32,000 bases of DNA from Fibrobacter succinogenes subsp. succinogenes S85 (GTDB taxonomy: Bacteria; Fibrobacterota; Fibrobacteria; Fibrobacterales; Fibrobacteraceae). The stretch lies in contig NC_017448.1 in the NCBI RefSeq assembly GCF_000146505.1, positions 3,060,001 to 3,092,000 of the forward strand. The letters are read 5' to 3'. Every line of letters begins with the position of its first letter. The stretch's first letter is position 1. This document shows positions 7,573 to 14,944 of this stretch, piece by piece. The position numbers were made by a program, and so were the translations under genes. The notes beneath the pieces are model-generated. The model saw only the letters and a list, made by a program, of their open reading frames with translations, was not told where the DNA came from and did no database searches.

Positions 7573-9042
7573 TTACTTCTGCAGTGCGTAGTAGGCGGAG
7601 AGCCAGGCGTGCAGTTTGTTCCAGCTGTCGCTGCTTTGCGTGACGTCTTCTCCGAGCGAATAGATGACGAAGTCTTCGAGCTTATGATTCCCCAATGTAA
7701 TTGGAGGAATGGACTGGAACTGATCGCTGAAGTCCTTTGTATCGGTGACCCTGCCATCTATGGCGATAACGATATGATGAGACTGGATGAATATCGAATA
7801 GTGGTGACGTTCTCCGTCCAGAACTTCTTGACAAGACGAATCCTTCAAGGTGTAATGGTTTTCGGTATCGTCTTCGCCTTCAGACGTTCTTTTATAAATT
7901 TCGGCGCAGAGCTGGTTCGGTTCACGTCCGACTTTTATGCTGAAGGCAACATCGCTTTCTTCTTGACGGGTATCCACGTAGATGGAATCGGCTGCGCTAG
8001 ACAAGCTGTCCTTCGTTATCCAGAAACTGATTCCAAGAATGCTGCCGAACGCCTTCCAGCTTTCGTTTTGGATGATGTTCATGCCGGGAGTCGTTTCGCT
8101 GAAAGCCTTGTAGATTTGCGCCGGCTGGATGGCCGTTTCGCTTGGGACCACCGAGAACGTGTATGTTCCGACATCGATGCTTGGGATGACGGTCAGGTAC
8201 TTCGAGTTGCTCGGGTCGTTTTCGAACTTGTAGAGTGCAAGCGTGTCGCCGTCGTCGCTAAGAAGGACGGGATTCGTGATGCTCGTCTTGAAAGTGACGG
8301 GGACAATCATGGAATCGAGTTCTGTCTTGTCGATCCAGTATTTTGCGGTGCTCAAGGCGTCTTGCGAGACGATGACCGGAATGCGAATTTCCGAAACTTC
8401 GAGCTTTTTGCCCGGAGCGAAATCCCACAGGACGTCTTGCGTGATGGAGTCCGTGTCTTCGTCCGAAGTCTTGATGAGCGTAATCTTCGTGAATTCCATG
8501 GGCGGAATTTCGTCGAGGATGACGGTTCCGGCTTCGATATCCTTGTTCTGTACGGCGATGCAGTTGAGCGTGCCCGTGATGCAGAGCGTGTCGCCCAAGT
8601 CGAGCTCGTAGGCGCTGAGCTTGAGTTCGAGGCTTGCGTTTTCTTCGAGCTTTACTTCGGGGACGGATTGCGTCTGCAAGTCGGTGGTGCCTTCTTCGAC
8701 GGTAATGGTCTGGTAGCCGGACTGCGTGTGGTCCGTGTTGCTAATCTGCAAGGCATAGTCGCCTGCGGTGACGCTATCCATCGTGTACTTGCCGTCGTCG
8801 TCTGTCGTGGCGGTCTTGATGGGGGCCATGCGGGCTGCAATGTGCGTTGCCGAGATGAGGTTTACCTTGGCGCTTGCGACCGGGTATCCGCTTTCGTTCT
8901 TGACGGTACCTTCGATGCTTGCGATGGTCGTGCCGGATTCAGTTTCCGTGAGTACGCCGGCGTGGTTCTCGTCGGTACAGGCGGAGAAAATCGATGCGAG
9001 GGCAAAAATCCCTGCTGTATTTAAAATCTTAAAATTCATCAT
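7573..9042 (-). CDS. Lipoprotein with an N-terminal carboxypeptidase-regulatory-like (CarbopepD_reg) beta-sandwich and a C-terminal LamG/concanavalin-like domain
   Basis: Signal peptide plus lipobox (...ALASIFSAC, Cys22). GTVKNESGYPVASAKVNLI...TTDDDGKYTMDSVTAGDYALQIS is a CarbopepD_reg-type pattern. The C-terminus (ISFWITKD..., HHYSIFIQSHHIVIAIDGRV) is LamG-like. SD GGAGG is present, and the ATG overlaps the upstream gene's stop (ATGA). Confidence 0.78.
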   Translation of the reverse strand: MMNFKILNTAGIFALASIFSACTDENHAGVLTETESGTTIASIEGTVKNESGYPVASAKVNLISATHIAARMAPIKTATTDDDGKYTMDSVTAGDYALQISNTDHTQSGYQTITVEEGTTDLQTQSVPEVKLEENASLELKLSAYELDLGDTLCITGTLNCIAVQNKDIEAGTVILDEIPPMEFTKITLIKTSDEDTDSITQDVLWDFAPGKKLEVSEIRIPVIVSQDALSTAKYWIDKTELDSMIVPVTFKTSITNPVLLSDDGDTLALYKFENDPSNSKYLTVIPSIDVGTYTFSVVPSETAIQPAQIYKAFSETTPGMNIIQNESWKAFGSILGISFWITKDSLSSAADSIYVDTRQEESDVAFSIKVGREPNQLCAEIYKRTSEGEDDTENHYTLKDSSCQEVLDGERHHYSIFIQSHHIVIAIDGRVTDTKDFSDQFQSIPPITLGNHKLEDFVIYSLGEDVTQSSDSWNKLHAWLSAYYALQK

Positions 9043-9953
9043 GCCTTAACCTCCGGATCGAGGTTAGAGAACAAGTGCAAGTTCATCTGGTAAACGCCGT
9101 TTGCCTTTTCGTTGTCCTCGCTGATGATGCGTCTTGCCTTAGCCTTGAATTCCTGGAGTTCGGATTCAAGTTTCTTGTAGGCGTTGTTCGAGATGCTGAA
9201 GGTGAGCGTGCTCATGACGGTCGGCATCTTGGGGCGCGTGATGAGCGCCTGCTTCGAAAGTTCAAAACATTGCAGCTGGTACTGCTTGATGAGTTCTGCG
9301 TTGTTGTACGGACCGCTGGAGATGGATTCCTTGGTCGGCTTCCAGAAACCAGATTCGTTCTTGCGGGCGAGGCCCAGCTTTTCCAAAAGAGACAACGAAT
9401 CCTTAATCTTTCCGAGTGGAATTTTCGGGAAGATTCTCTTTTGCACCGGTGTCAAGTCATCTGTAACGTCCATAGCATCAAGAATAGCAAACATTGCGCT
9501 ATGGTACCAATGGTTATAGTATTCGTAGGTGTTCGAATCGAGGATATGCTGCGGATTCGGGTGCAGGTGCAGGAGCTCTTCCATGGCGGCGCTACGGGCC
9601 GTCTCGGTTTTTGCCTGGTCAAGCTTCACCATGGTCTCGAAGTACTTTGCGGCTTTCTTGTTGAGGCCGAGGACTTCGATAAACTTGGCTGTCATGCGGG
9701 GGCTGACCTTTTTCCCTCTGAGAACATCGGCAAAGTAGCTGCGCGTCTTGGGGAGGCCGAGCATATTGCAGATTCCGGTACGGGTGAATTCCGGGTCGGA
9801 CTGGACTCTAGCCGCCTGGTATTCTTCCAAGTACTTGCGGAAGTGCGTAAACTGGTAAATGTCGATATAGTTTTCCACGAGGATAATATAATATTTATGA
9901 GAACTAAGGTGAGAACATTTTTTGAGAAATAACATTAAAATGTGATTTTCCAC
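9039..9953 (-). CDS. TIGR02147 / DUF4423 family protein (HTH-containing, function unknown)
   Basis: ...IDIYQFTHFRKYLEEYQ... followed by an XRE-like HTH stretch ICNMLGLPKTRSYFADVLRGKKVSPRMTAKFIEVLGL. This matches my memory of the Fibrobacter paralogous family TIGR02147. The start is uncertain: GTG 9953 (track), ATG 9935 or GTG 9878. The first 25 codons are AT-rich and may be non-coding. Confidence 0.75.
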   Translation of the reverse strand: MENHILMLFLKKCSHLSSHKYYIILVENYIDIYQFTHFRKYLEEYQAARVQSDPEFTRTGICNMLGLPKTRSYFADVLRGKKVSPRMTAKFIEVLGLNKKAAKYFETMVKLDQAKTETARSAAMEELLHLHPNPQHILDSNTYEYYNHWYHSAMFAILDAMDVTDDLTPVQKRIFPKIPLGKIKDSLSLLEKLGLARKNESGFWKPTKESISSGPYNNAELIKQYQLQCFELSKQALITRPKMPTVMSTLTFSISNNAYKKLESELQEFKAKARRIISEDNEKANGVYQMNLHLFSNLDPEVKA

Positions 9954-9963
9954 TCTATTGCAA

Positions 9964-10003
9964 CCTACTGTCTACTTCCTACTTCCTACCGCCTACTTCT
10001 TAC
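9964..10003. repeat. Heptanucleotide tandem array, about 5.7 copies of CCTACTT
   Basis: CCTACTG TCTACTT CCTACTT CCTACCG CCTACTT CTTAC, located in the divergent region between the TIGR02147 gene and nuoB. Confidence 0.9.
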
Positions 10004-10065
10004 ATTTTTGTTGCATTTGAAAAAAGGACGTGTCTGAAGCAAAAAACAGCTTTTTCCCAAAGCAT

Positions 10066-10100
10066 CTACTGCCTACTGCCAACTGCCTACTGCCAACTAT
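10066..10100. repeat. Heptanucleotide tandem array, 5 copies of CTACTGC/CAACTGC
   Basis: CTACTGC CTACTGC CAACTGC CTACTGC CAACTAT. It ends 40 nt upstream of the nuoB ATG. Confidence 0.9.
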
Positions 10101-10139
10101 TTTTCTATCTTTAGGCGCGAATTTTATGAGGTAACTCCT

Positions 10140-10775
10140 ATGGGTAATGAGGCAGAAAAGCCGAATATCATTACGTCCTCGCTTGACTTTTTGGTCAACT
10201 GGGGGCGCTCCAATTCCTTGTGGCCGTTCCCTTACGGTACGGCTTGTTGTGCAATCGAATTCATGAGTACGGAAGTGGGTCGTTACGACCTTTCACGTAT
10301 CGGTTCTGAATACGTGCGTTTTACGCCGCGTCAGTCCGATGTGCTGCTTGTTGCAGGTACGATTACTTATAAGCAGGCTCCGATCTTAAAGCGCATCTAC
10401 GAACAGATGGCTGAACCTCGTTGGGTCATTGCCATGGGTGCATGCGCAAGCTCTGGCGGTTTCTATGACTGCTACTGCACGGTGCCCGGTATCGACCACA
10501 TTATCCCGGTGGATGTGTATATCGGTGGTTGCCCTCCGCGTCCGGAAGCCTTCTTCGATGCCATGTTTGACTTGCAGAAGAAGGTCAAAGACGAATCCTT
10601 CATGAAGCAGCGCGCCGAAAGCGTCAAGGAACAGCTTGAAATGATCAAGGTGAAGACTGCCGAAGCAAAGCGTGAAGCCGCTGCCTGCGCCCGCGAAAAG
10701 GTCGTGGACATCAAGGACTTCATGAAAGAAAAACAAGAAAATCTTGTAAAGAAAGCCCAGTTCTGGAAGGAGTAG
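10140..10775 (+). CDS. nuoB: NADH-quinone oxidoreductase subunit B, with a ~60-aa charged C-terminal tail
   Basis: N2-cluster motifs CCAIEF, GACASSGG and GGCPPRPE. SD GAGG lies upstream of the ATG. Confidence 0.93.
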   Translation: MGNEAEKPNIITSSLDFLVNWGRSNSLWPFPYGTACCAIEFMSTEVGRYDLSRIGSEYVRFTPRQSDVLLVAGTITYKQAPILKRIYEQMAEPRWVIAMGACASSGGFYDCYCTVPGIDHIIPVDVYIGGCPPRPEAFFDAMFDLQKKVKDESFMKQRAESVKEQLEMIKVKTAEAKREAAACAREKVVDIKDFMKEKQENLVKKAQFWKE

Positions 10776-10779
10776 AAGA

Positions 10780-11382
10780 ATGACTGTTGAAGAAATCTTC
10801 GCCGCCCTTGAAGGAAAGTTTGACGTCAAGCGCGAACCGCTCGACAAGTGGGGTGTTACGGCTGTTGTTGCTGCTCCCTATCTGCATAACGCAGTCCAGT
10901 TCCTCAAGGAAGAATCCGGCATCAAGTTCGATATGCTCGTGGACATTGCCGGTATCGACTACTTGACTTACCCGAATCACGAAGGCCCTCGCTTTGCGGT
11001 CTCTTATGCTTTCAAAAGCATGAAAAATCCGGGTGCCCGCATCCGTCTTAAGGTGCTGGTGTCCGAAGAAAGCCTCAAGGTCCCGACGATTAGCGACCTC
11101 TATGCCAATGCGAACTGGTACGAACGCGAAGTCTATGACCAGTTCGGTGTGATTTTTGAAGGTCATCCGGACCTCCGCCGCTTGTTGAACCACGTTGAAT
11201 TTGTTGGCCATCCGCTCCGCAAGGATTACCCTGCCCAGAAGCGCCAGTGGCTTTCGACAAACGACTACCTGCTTCCGGAACTCGAAAAGCGTCTCGAAGA
11301 ACTTGGCTACAAGGTCATCCAGCGCTCTAAGGAAGTGGAAACGAACGACAATGAATTTTTGGAAGGGAGTATCAAGGCATGA
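10780..11382 (+). CDS. nuoC: NADH-quinone oxidoreductase subunit C
   Basis: NWYEREVYDQFGVIFEGHPDLRRLL is the hallmark 30-kDa subunit motif. SD GGAAGGAG is present. Confidence 0.93.
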   Translation: MTVEEIFAALEGKFDVKREPLDKWGVTAVVAAPYLHNAVQFLKEESGIKFDMLVDIAGIDYLTYPNHEGPRFAVSYAFKSMKNPGARIRLKVLVSEESLKVPTISDLYANANWYEREVYDQFGVIFEGHPDLRRLLNHVEFVGHPLRKDYPAQKRQWLSTNDYLLPELEKRLEELGYKVIQRSKEVETNDNEFLEGSIKA

Positions 11383-12572
11383 TCGTATTAGATCCGAATG
11401 GCGAAAAGCTGAATTTGATGCCCTTGAACGTTGGGCCTAGCCACCCGGCAACTCACGGTTGCTTGCGCTTCTTGACCGCTATGGATGGTGAAACCATCGT
11501 GGCATCTGTCGAAGAAATCGGCTACCTGCACCGCGGGTTCGAAAAGATGGTCGAACGCGGCACTTGGCAGCAAGTTGTCCCGTACACGGACCGCTTGAAC
11601 TACTGCTCTGCTATCATGAACAACATTGCGTTCTGCCGTGCAGTCGAAAACATGTTCGGTGTTGAAATCCCGGAACGTTCCAAGGTCCTCCGCGTGATTG
11701 TGAACGAACTTTCCCGTATCAACGACCACTTTGTGTGCGTTGCTGCTGCGTTCCAGGACTTGGGCGGTACGACTCCGTTCATGTACGCCTTCAACCCGCG
11801 TGAAGAAATCATGTGCATCTGGGAAAAGCTCACAGGTGCACGCCTTACGAACAGCTTTGCTCGCATTGGCGGTCTCTACCGCGATAGCTACGAAGGTTTT
11901 GAACAGGACGTTCTCGCAGCCCTCAATTCTACCGAAAAGGCATTGAAGGACTTGCACGCCTGCTTGGATAGAAACCGCATCTTCCTCGACCGTACGGTGG
12001 GCATCGGCAAGATTTCTGCTGAAAAGGCTATCAGCTACGGCTGGACGGGCCCCTGCCTCCGTGCATCCGGTGTTGCCTCTGACCTCCGCAAGGACGAACC
12101 GTACTACGATTATGAAACCTACGACTGGGAAGTCGTGGTCGGCACACAGGGCGACTGCAACGACCGTCTCCAGGTTCGTTTGGCCGAAATCGAAGAATCC
12201 GTAAAGATTGTGCGCCAGGCTTTGAAGCGCCTCGCTCCGGGTCCGGTCGATATCGTCGATCCGCGTATCCGCGTGCCGGCTCACAAGCTTGCTTATCAGG
12301 ATATGGAAGGCCTTATCGGTCGCTTCAAGAGCGTTTACGAAGGCATCCGCGTTCCGGAAGGCGAATACTACTGCGGTTCCGAATGCGCTAACGGTGAACT
12401 TGGCTTCACGATTATTTCTGACGGCTCTGGCCATCCGTACCGTATCAAGGTGCGTCCGCCTTGCCTCACGCAGTTTGCTGCATTCCATGAACTCGTCGAA
12501 GGCGGTCTCTTGGCTGACTCCATGGCCGTGCTTTCGGGTCTCAACATTATTGCTGGAGAACTTGACCGATGA
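11379..12572 (+). CDS. nuoD: NADH-quinone oxidoreductase subunit D
   Basis: NVGPSHPATHG, GYLHRGFEK and the C-terminal ...NIIAGELDR are 49-kDa subunit signatures. There is an ATGA overlap with nuoC. Confidence 0.95.
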   Translation: MIVLDPNGEKLNLMPLNVGPSHPATHGCLRFLTAMDGETIVASVEEIGYLHRGFEKMVERGTWQQVVPYTDRLNYCSAIMNNIAFCRAVENMFGVEIPERSKVLRVIVNELSRINDHFVCVAAAFQDLGGTTPFMYAFNPREEIMCIWEKLTGARLTNSFARIGGLYRDSYEGFEQDVLAALNSTEKALKDLHACLDRNRIFLDRTVGIGKISAEKAISYGWTGPCLRASGVASDLRKDEPYYDYETYDWEVVVGTQGDCNDRLQVRLAEIEESVKIVRQALKRLAPGPVDIVDPRIRVPAHKLAYQDMEGLIGRFKSVYEGIRVPEGEYYCGSECANGELGFTIISDGSGHPYRIKVRPPCLTQFAAFHELVEGGLLADSMAVLSGLNIIAGELDR

Positions 12573-13630
12573 GAGAACATATTACTGGCGCTGTCCAATT
12601 TGTCTCGAACAATCATTTGAAGTTCGACCGTCCGGCACAGCCGATTGATGCTTTGCCGGATCCGGGCCAGAAGTTTGGCTATGTGAACAAGCCTGTGCCG
12701 CAGCCGCCTACGGCTGAAGTGCTCGCGAAGCTCAATACGCCTGAAATCAAGGAACGCTGCGCTGATTTGCTCAGCCGCTATCCGGTCGGTCAGGCTGCAC
12801 TTCTCGAAGTGCTTTGGCTCGTGCAGGGCGTGTTTGGCTGGGTGCCGCGCGAAGGAATCCGCTGGGCTGCTAACGTCTGCGGTTGCGCTCCGGCTCATGC
12901 TCTTGGCGTTGCTACGTTCTATACGATGTACAACCACGCTCCGAAGGGCAAGTTCCTCTTGCAGTTCTGCCGTAACATCAGCTGCACGATCAAGGGCGCT
13001 CCGAGCCTTATCGCTTATGTGGAACATGCTTTAAACATCAAGACGGGCGAAACGACTCCGGATGGTCTCTTTACGATCCTCCAGGTGGAATGCCTCGGTT
13101 CTTGCGGTAACGGCCCGATGATGCTCGTGAACGACGACTTCGCTACAGACGCTGATGGCGACGTGCTCACGATGAAGCCGGGTACAAAGCTTACGACCGA
13201 CAGCATCGACCGCATCCTCAAGTGGTGCTATGCTCATGAAGACAACATTCCGAAGCACGATGTGCTCGGCGGTACGGTGAAGGGCCATTGCGGTCATCCG
13301 GGCGCTCCGGGTGCTATCGCAAAGCCGCAGGTTGCTGACTACGCTCCTCCTTCTCCGGTTTTGAATGTCAAGTCCGAAGCTGACGAAACGGGCGCTACCC
13401 TCACTTGGAAGGGCGCTCCGGAATTCACGAAGATTGTCGTCGAAAAGAAGAATGGCAATGACTGGGTCGCTGTTGGCGAGCCGGGCGTGAAGGACAAGGC
13501 TTTTGTGGACCCGAACGGAAAGGTCGGCGACGAATACCGTATGATTGCGACCTCCGGTGAACGTGTTGCTAAACCCTCGGCTGTTGCTGTGACTAAGCAG
13601 AAGCCCGCACCGGAACAAAAGGCGGTTTAA
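12569..13630 (+). CDS. nuoE: NADH-quinone oxidoreductase subunit E with N- and C-terminal extensions (353 aa)
   Basis: Thioredoxin-like [2Fe-2S] core with C-x4-C (FCRNISC) and C-x3-C (ECLGSCGNGP). There is an ATGA overlap with nuoD. The C-terminal ~130 aa are extra (see findings). Confidence 0.9.
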   Translation: MREHITGAVQFVSNNHLKFDRPAQPIDALPDPGQKFGYVNKPVPQPPTAEVLAKLNTPEIKERCADLLSRYPVGQAALLEVLWLVQGVFGWVPREGIRWAANVCGCAPAHALGVATFYTMYNHAPKGKFLLQFCRNISCTIKGAPSLIAYVEHALNIKTGETTPDGLFTILQVECLGSCGNGPMMLVNDDFATDADGDVLTMKPGTKLTTDSIDRILKWCYAHEDNIPKHDVLGGTVKGHCGHPGAPGAIAKPQVADYAPPSPVLNVKSEADETGATLTWKGAPEFTKIVVEKKNGNDWVAVGEPGVKDKAFVDPNGKVGDEYRMIATSGERVAKPSAVAVTKQKPAPEQKAV

Positions 13631-13632
13631 TT

Positions 13633-14940
13633 ATGGCTGAATGTGTAAAAGTTTGTACGCAGAACTTTGGCAAGGGCGCCCAGGACATCGAAGTCTATAA
13701 GAAGCTGGGTGGCTACTCCAACATTTCTGAACGCTTGTTCAACATGAGCCAGTTTGAGCTCATCGATTACGTGCAACGTTCTAACCTCCGCGGACGCGGT
13801 GGTGCTGGCTTCCCGACGGGCATGAAGTGGAGCTTTGTGCCGCGTGGTACGGGCAAGCCGGTTTACATTGTCGTAAACGCTGACGAAGGCGAAGGCGGTA
13901 CCTTTAAGGACCACTTCCTCATGCTCGAAGATCCGCACCGCTTGATCGAAGGCCTTATCATTGCAGCTTGGGCTCTTGGCTCTCGCGCGGCCTACATCTA
14001 CTGCCGTGGCGAATTCCTCCCGTGCATCGAAGCCTTGAACAAGGCTTTGAACCAGGCTTATGCTGCTGGCTACCTCGGCGAAAACATTTGCGGCACGAAG
14101 TTCAGCTTTGATATCTTTGTGCATCGCGGTGCTGGCGCCTACATTTGCGGTGAAGAAACTGCTCTTATTAACTCTCTTGAAGGCCAGAAGGGCCAACCGC
14201 GCTTGAAGCCGCCGTTCCCGGCTGTTTGCGGTGCCTGGAAGTCCCCGACTTGCGTGAACAACGTCGAAACCATCATGTCGCTTCCGTGGATTTTGAGCCA
14301 CGACCCGAGCGACTACGCCAAGATGGGTACGCCGCGCGCCGGTGGTACGAAGGTGTTCTGCATTTCCGGTGACGTCAAAAATCCGGGCGTGTACGAAGCT
14401 CCTCTCGGCACTCCGATGATGACTATGATTAACGATTACGCCGGTGGCGTTGTGGGTGGCAAGCTCAAGGCTGTGCTCCCGGGCGGTTCCTCTTGCGCTC
14501 CGCTTACGGCAGAAGAAGCTGCTGTCGCCACGATGGACTATGAATGCCTCGCCTCGATGAAGACGATGTTTGGTTCTGGCGCTATGATCGTGATTAACGA
14601 TACGCACAACATGGTTGACCTTTTGAATTGCCTCGGCAACTTCTACAGCCACGAATCTTGCGGCCAGTGCACGCCGTGCCGTGAAGGTACAGGCCTCTTG
14701 CACCGCATCTTGAACCAGATGGTGGCCGGCAATGGTCATGATGGCGATGTGGAACTGATGCAGAGCCTTTCTAGCGGATTTGGTGGCGTGACTATTTGCC
14801 CGCTCTCCATTTCTTTGGGTGGCCCGGTCTCGAGCTACACTGCAAAGTTCCGTGCGGACTTTGACGAATATATCGCTAAGAACCCCGAACACGCAAAACC
14901 GCGTATTCAAGAAACAAGTCGTCCTGGAATTTTCTGGTAA
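13633..14940 (+). CDS. nuoF: NADH-quinone oxidoreductase subunit F
   Basis: GRGGAGFPTG (FMN/NADH site) and ESCGQCTPCREG (N3 cluster). Confidence 0.95.
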   Translation: MAECVKVCTQNFGKGAQDIEVYKKLGGYSNISERLFNMSQFELIDYVQRSNLRGRGGAGFPTGMKWSFVPRGTGKPVYIVVNADEGEGGTFKDHFLMLEDPHRLIEGLIIAAWALGSRAAYIYCRGEFLPCIEALNKALNQAYAAGYLGENICGTKFSFDIFVHRGAGAYICGEETALINSLEGQKGQPRLKPPFPAVCGAWKSPTCVNNVETIMSLPWILSHDPSDYAKMGTPRAGGTKVFCISGDVKNPGVYEAPLGTPMMTMINDYAGGVVGGKLKAVLPGGSSCAPLTAEEAAVATMDYECLASMKTMFGSGAMIVINDTHNMVDLLNCLGNFYSHESCGQCTPCREGTGLLHRILNQMVAGNGHDGDVELMQSLSSGFGGVTICPLSISLGGPVSSYTAKFRADFDEYIAKNPEHAKPRIQETSRPGIFW

Positions 14941-14944
14941 TAAT

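Noticed and set aside
9964-10100. Heptad arrays as a CRISPR array or minisatellite-encoded peptide
   Set aside because: The units are only 7 nt with no spacers, and there are no cas genes. No ORF spans them. They are treated as simple tandem repeats of possible regulatory relevance.
14819-14944. Track start of nuoG at 14819, overlapping nuoF by 122 nt
   Set aside because: The N-terminal 42 codons read through the nuoF 3' end in another frame and have no NuoG similarity. The ATG at 14945 gives MSNYYNMPKLPTEASPKVEIFVDDK..., the normal start of the 2Fe-2S domain, 4 nt after the nuoF stop.
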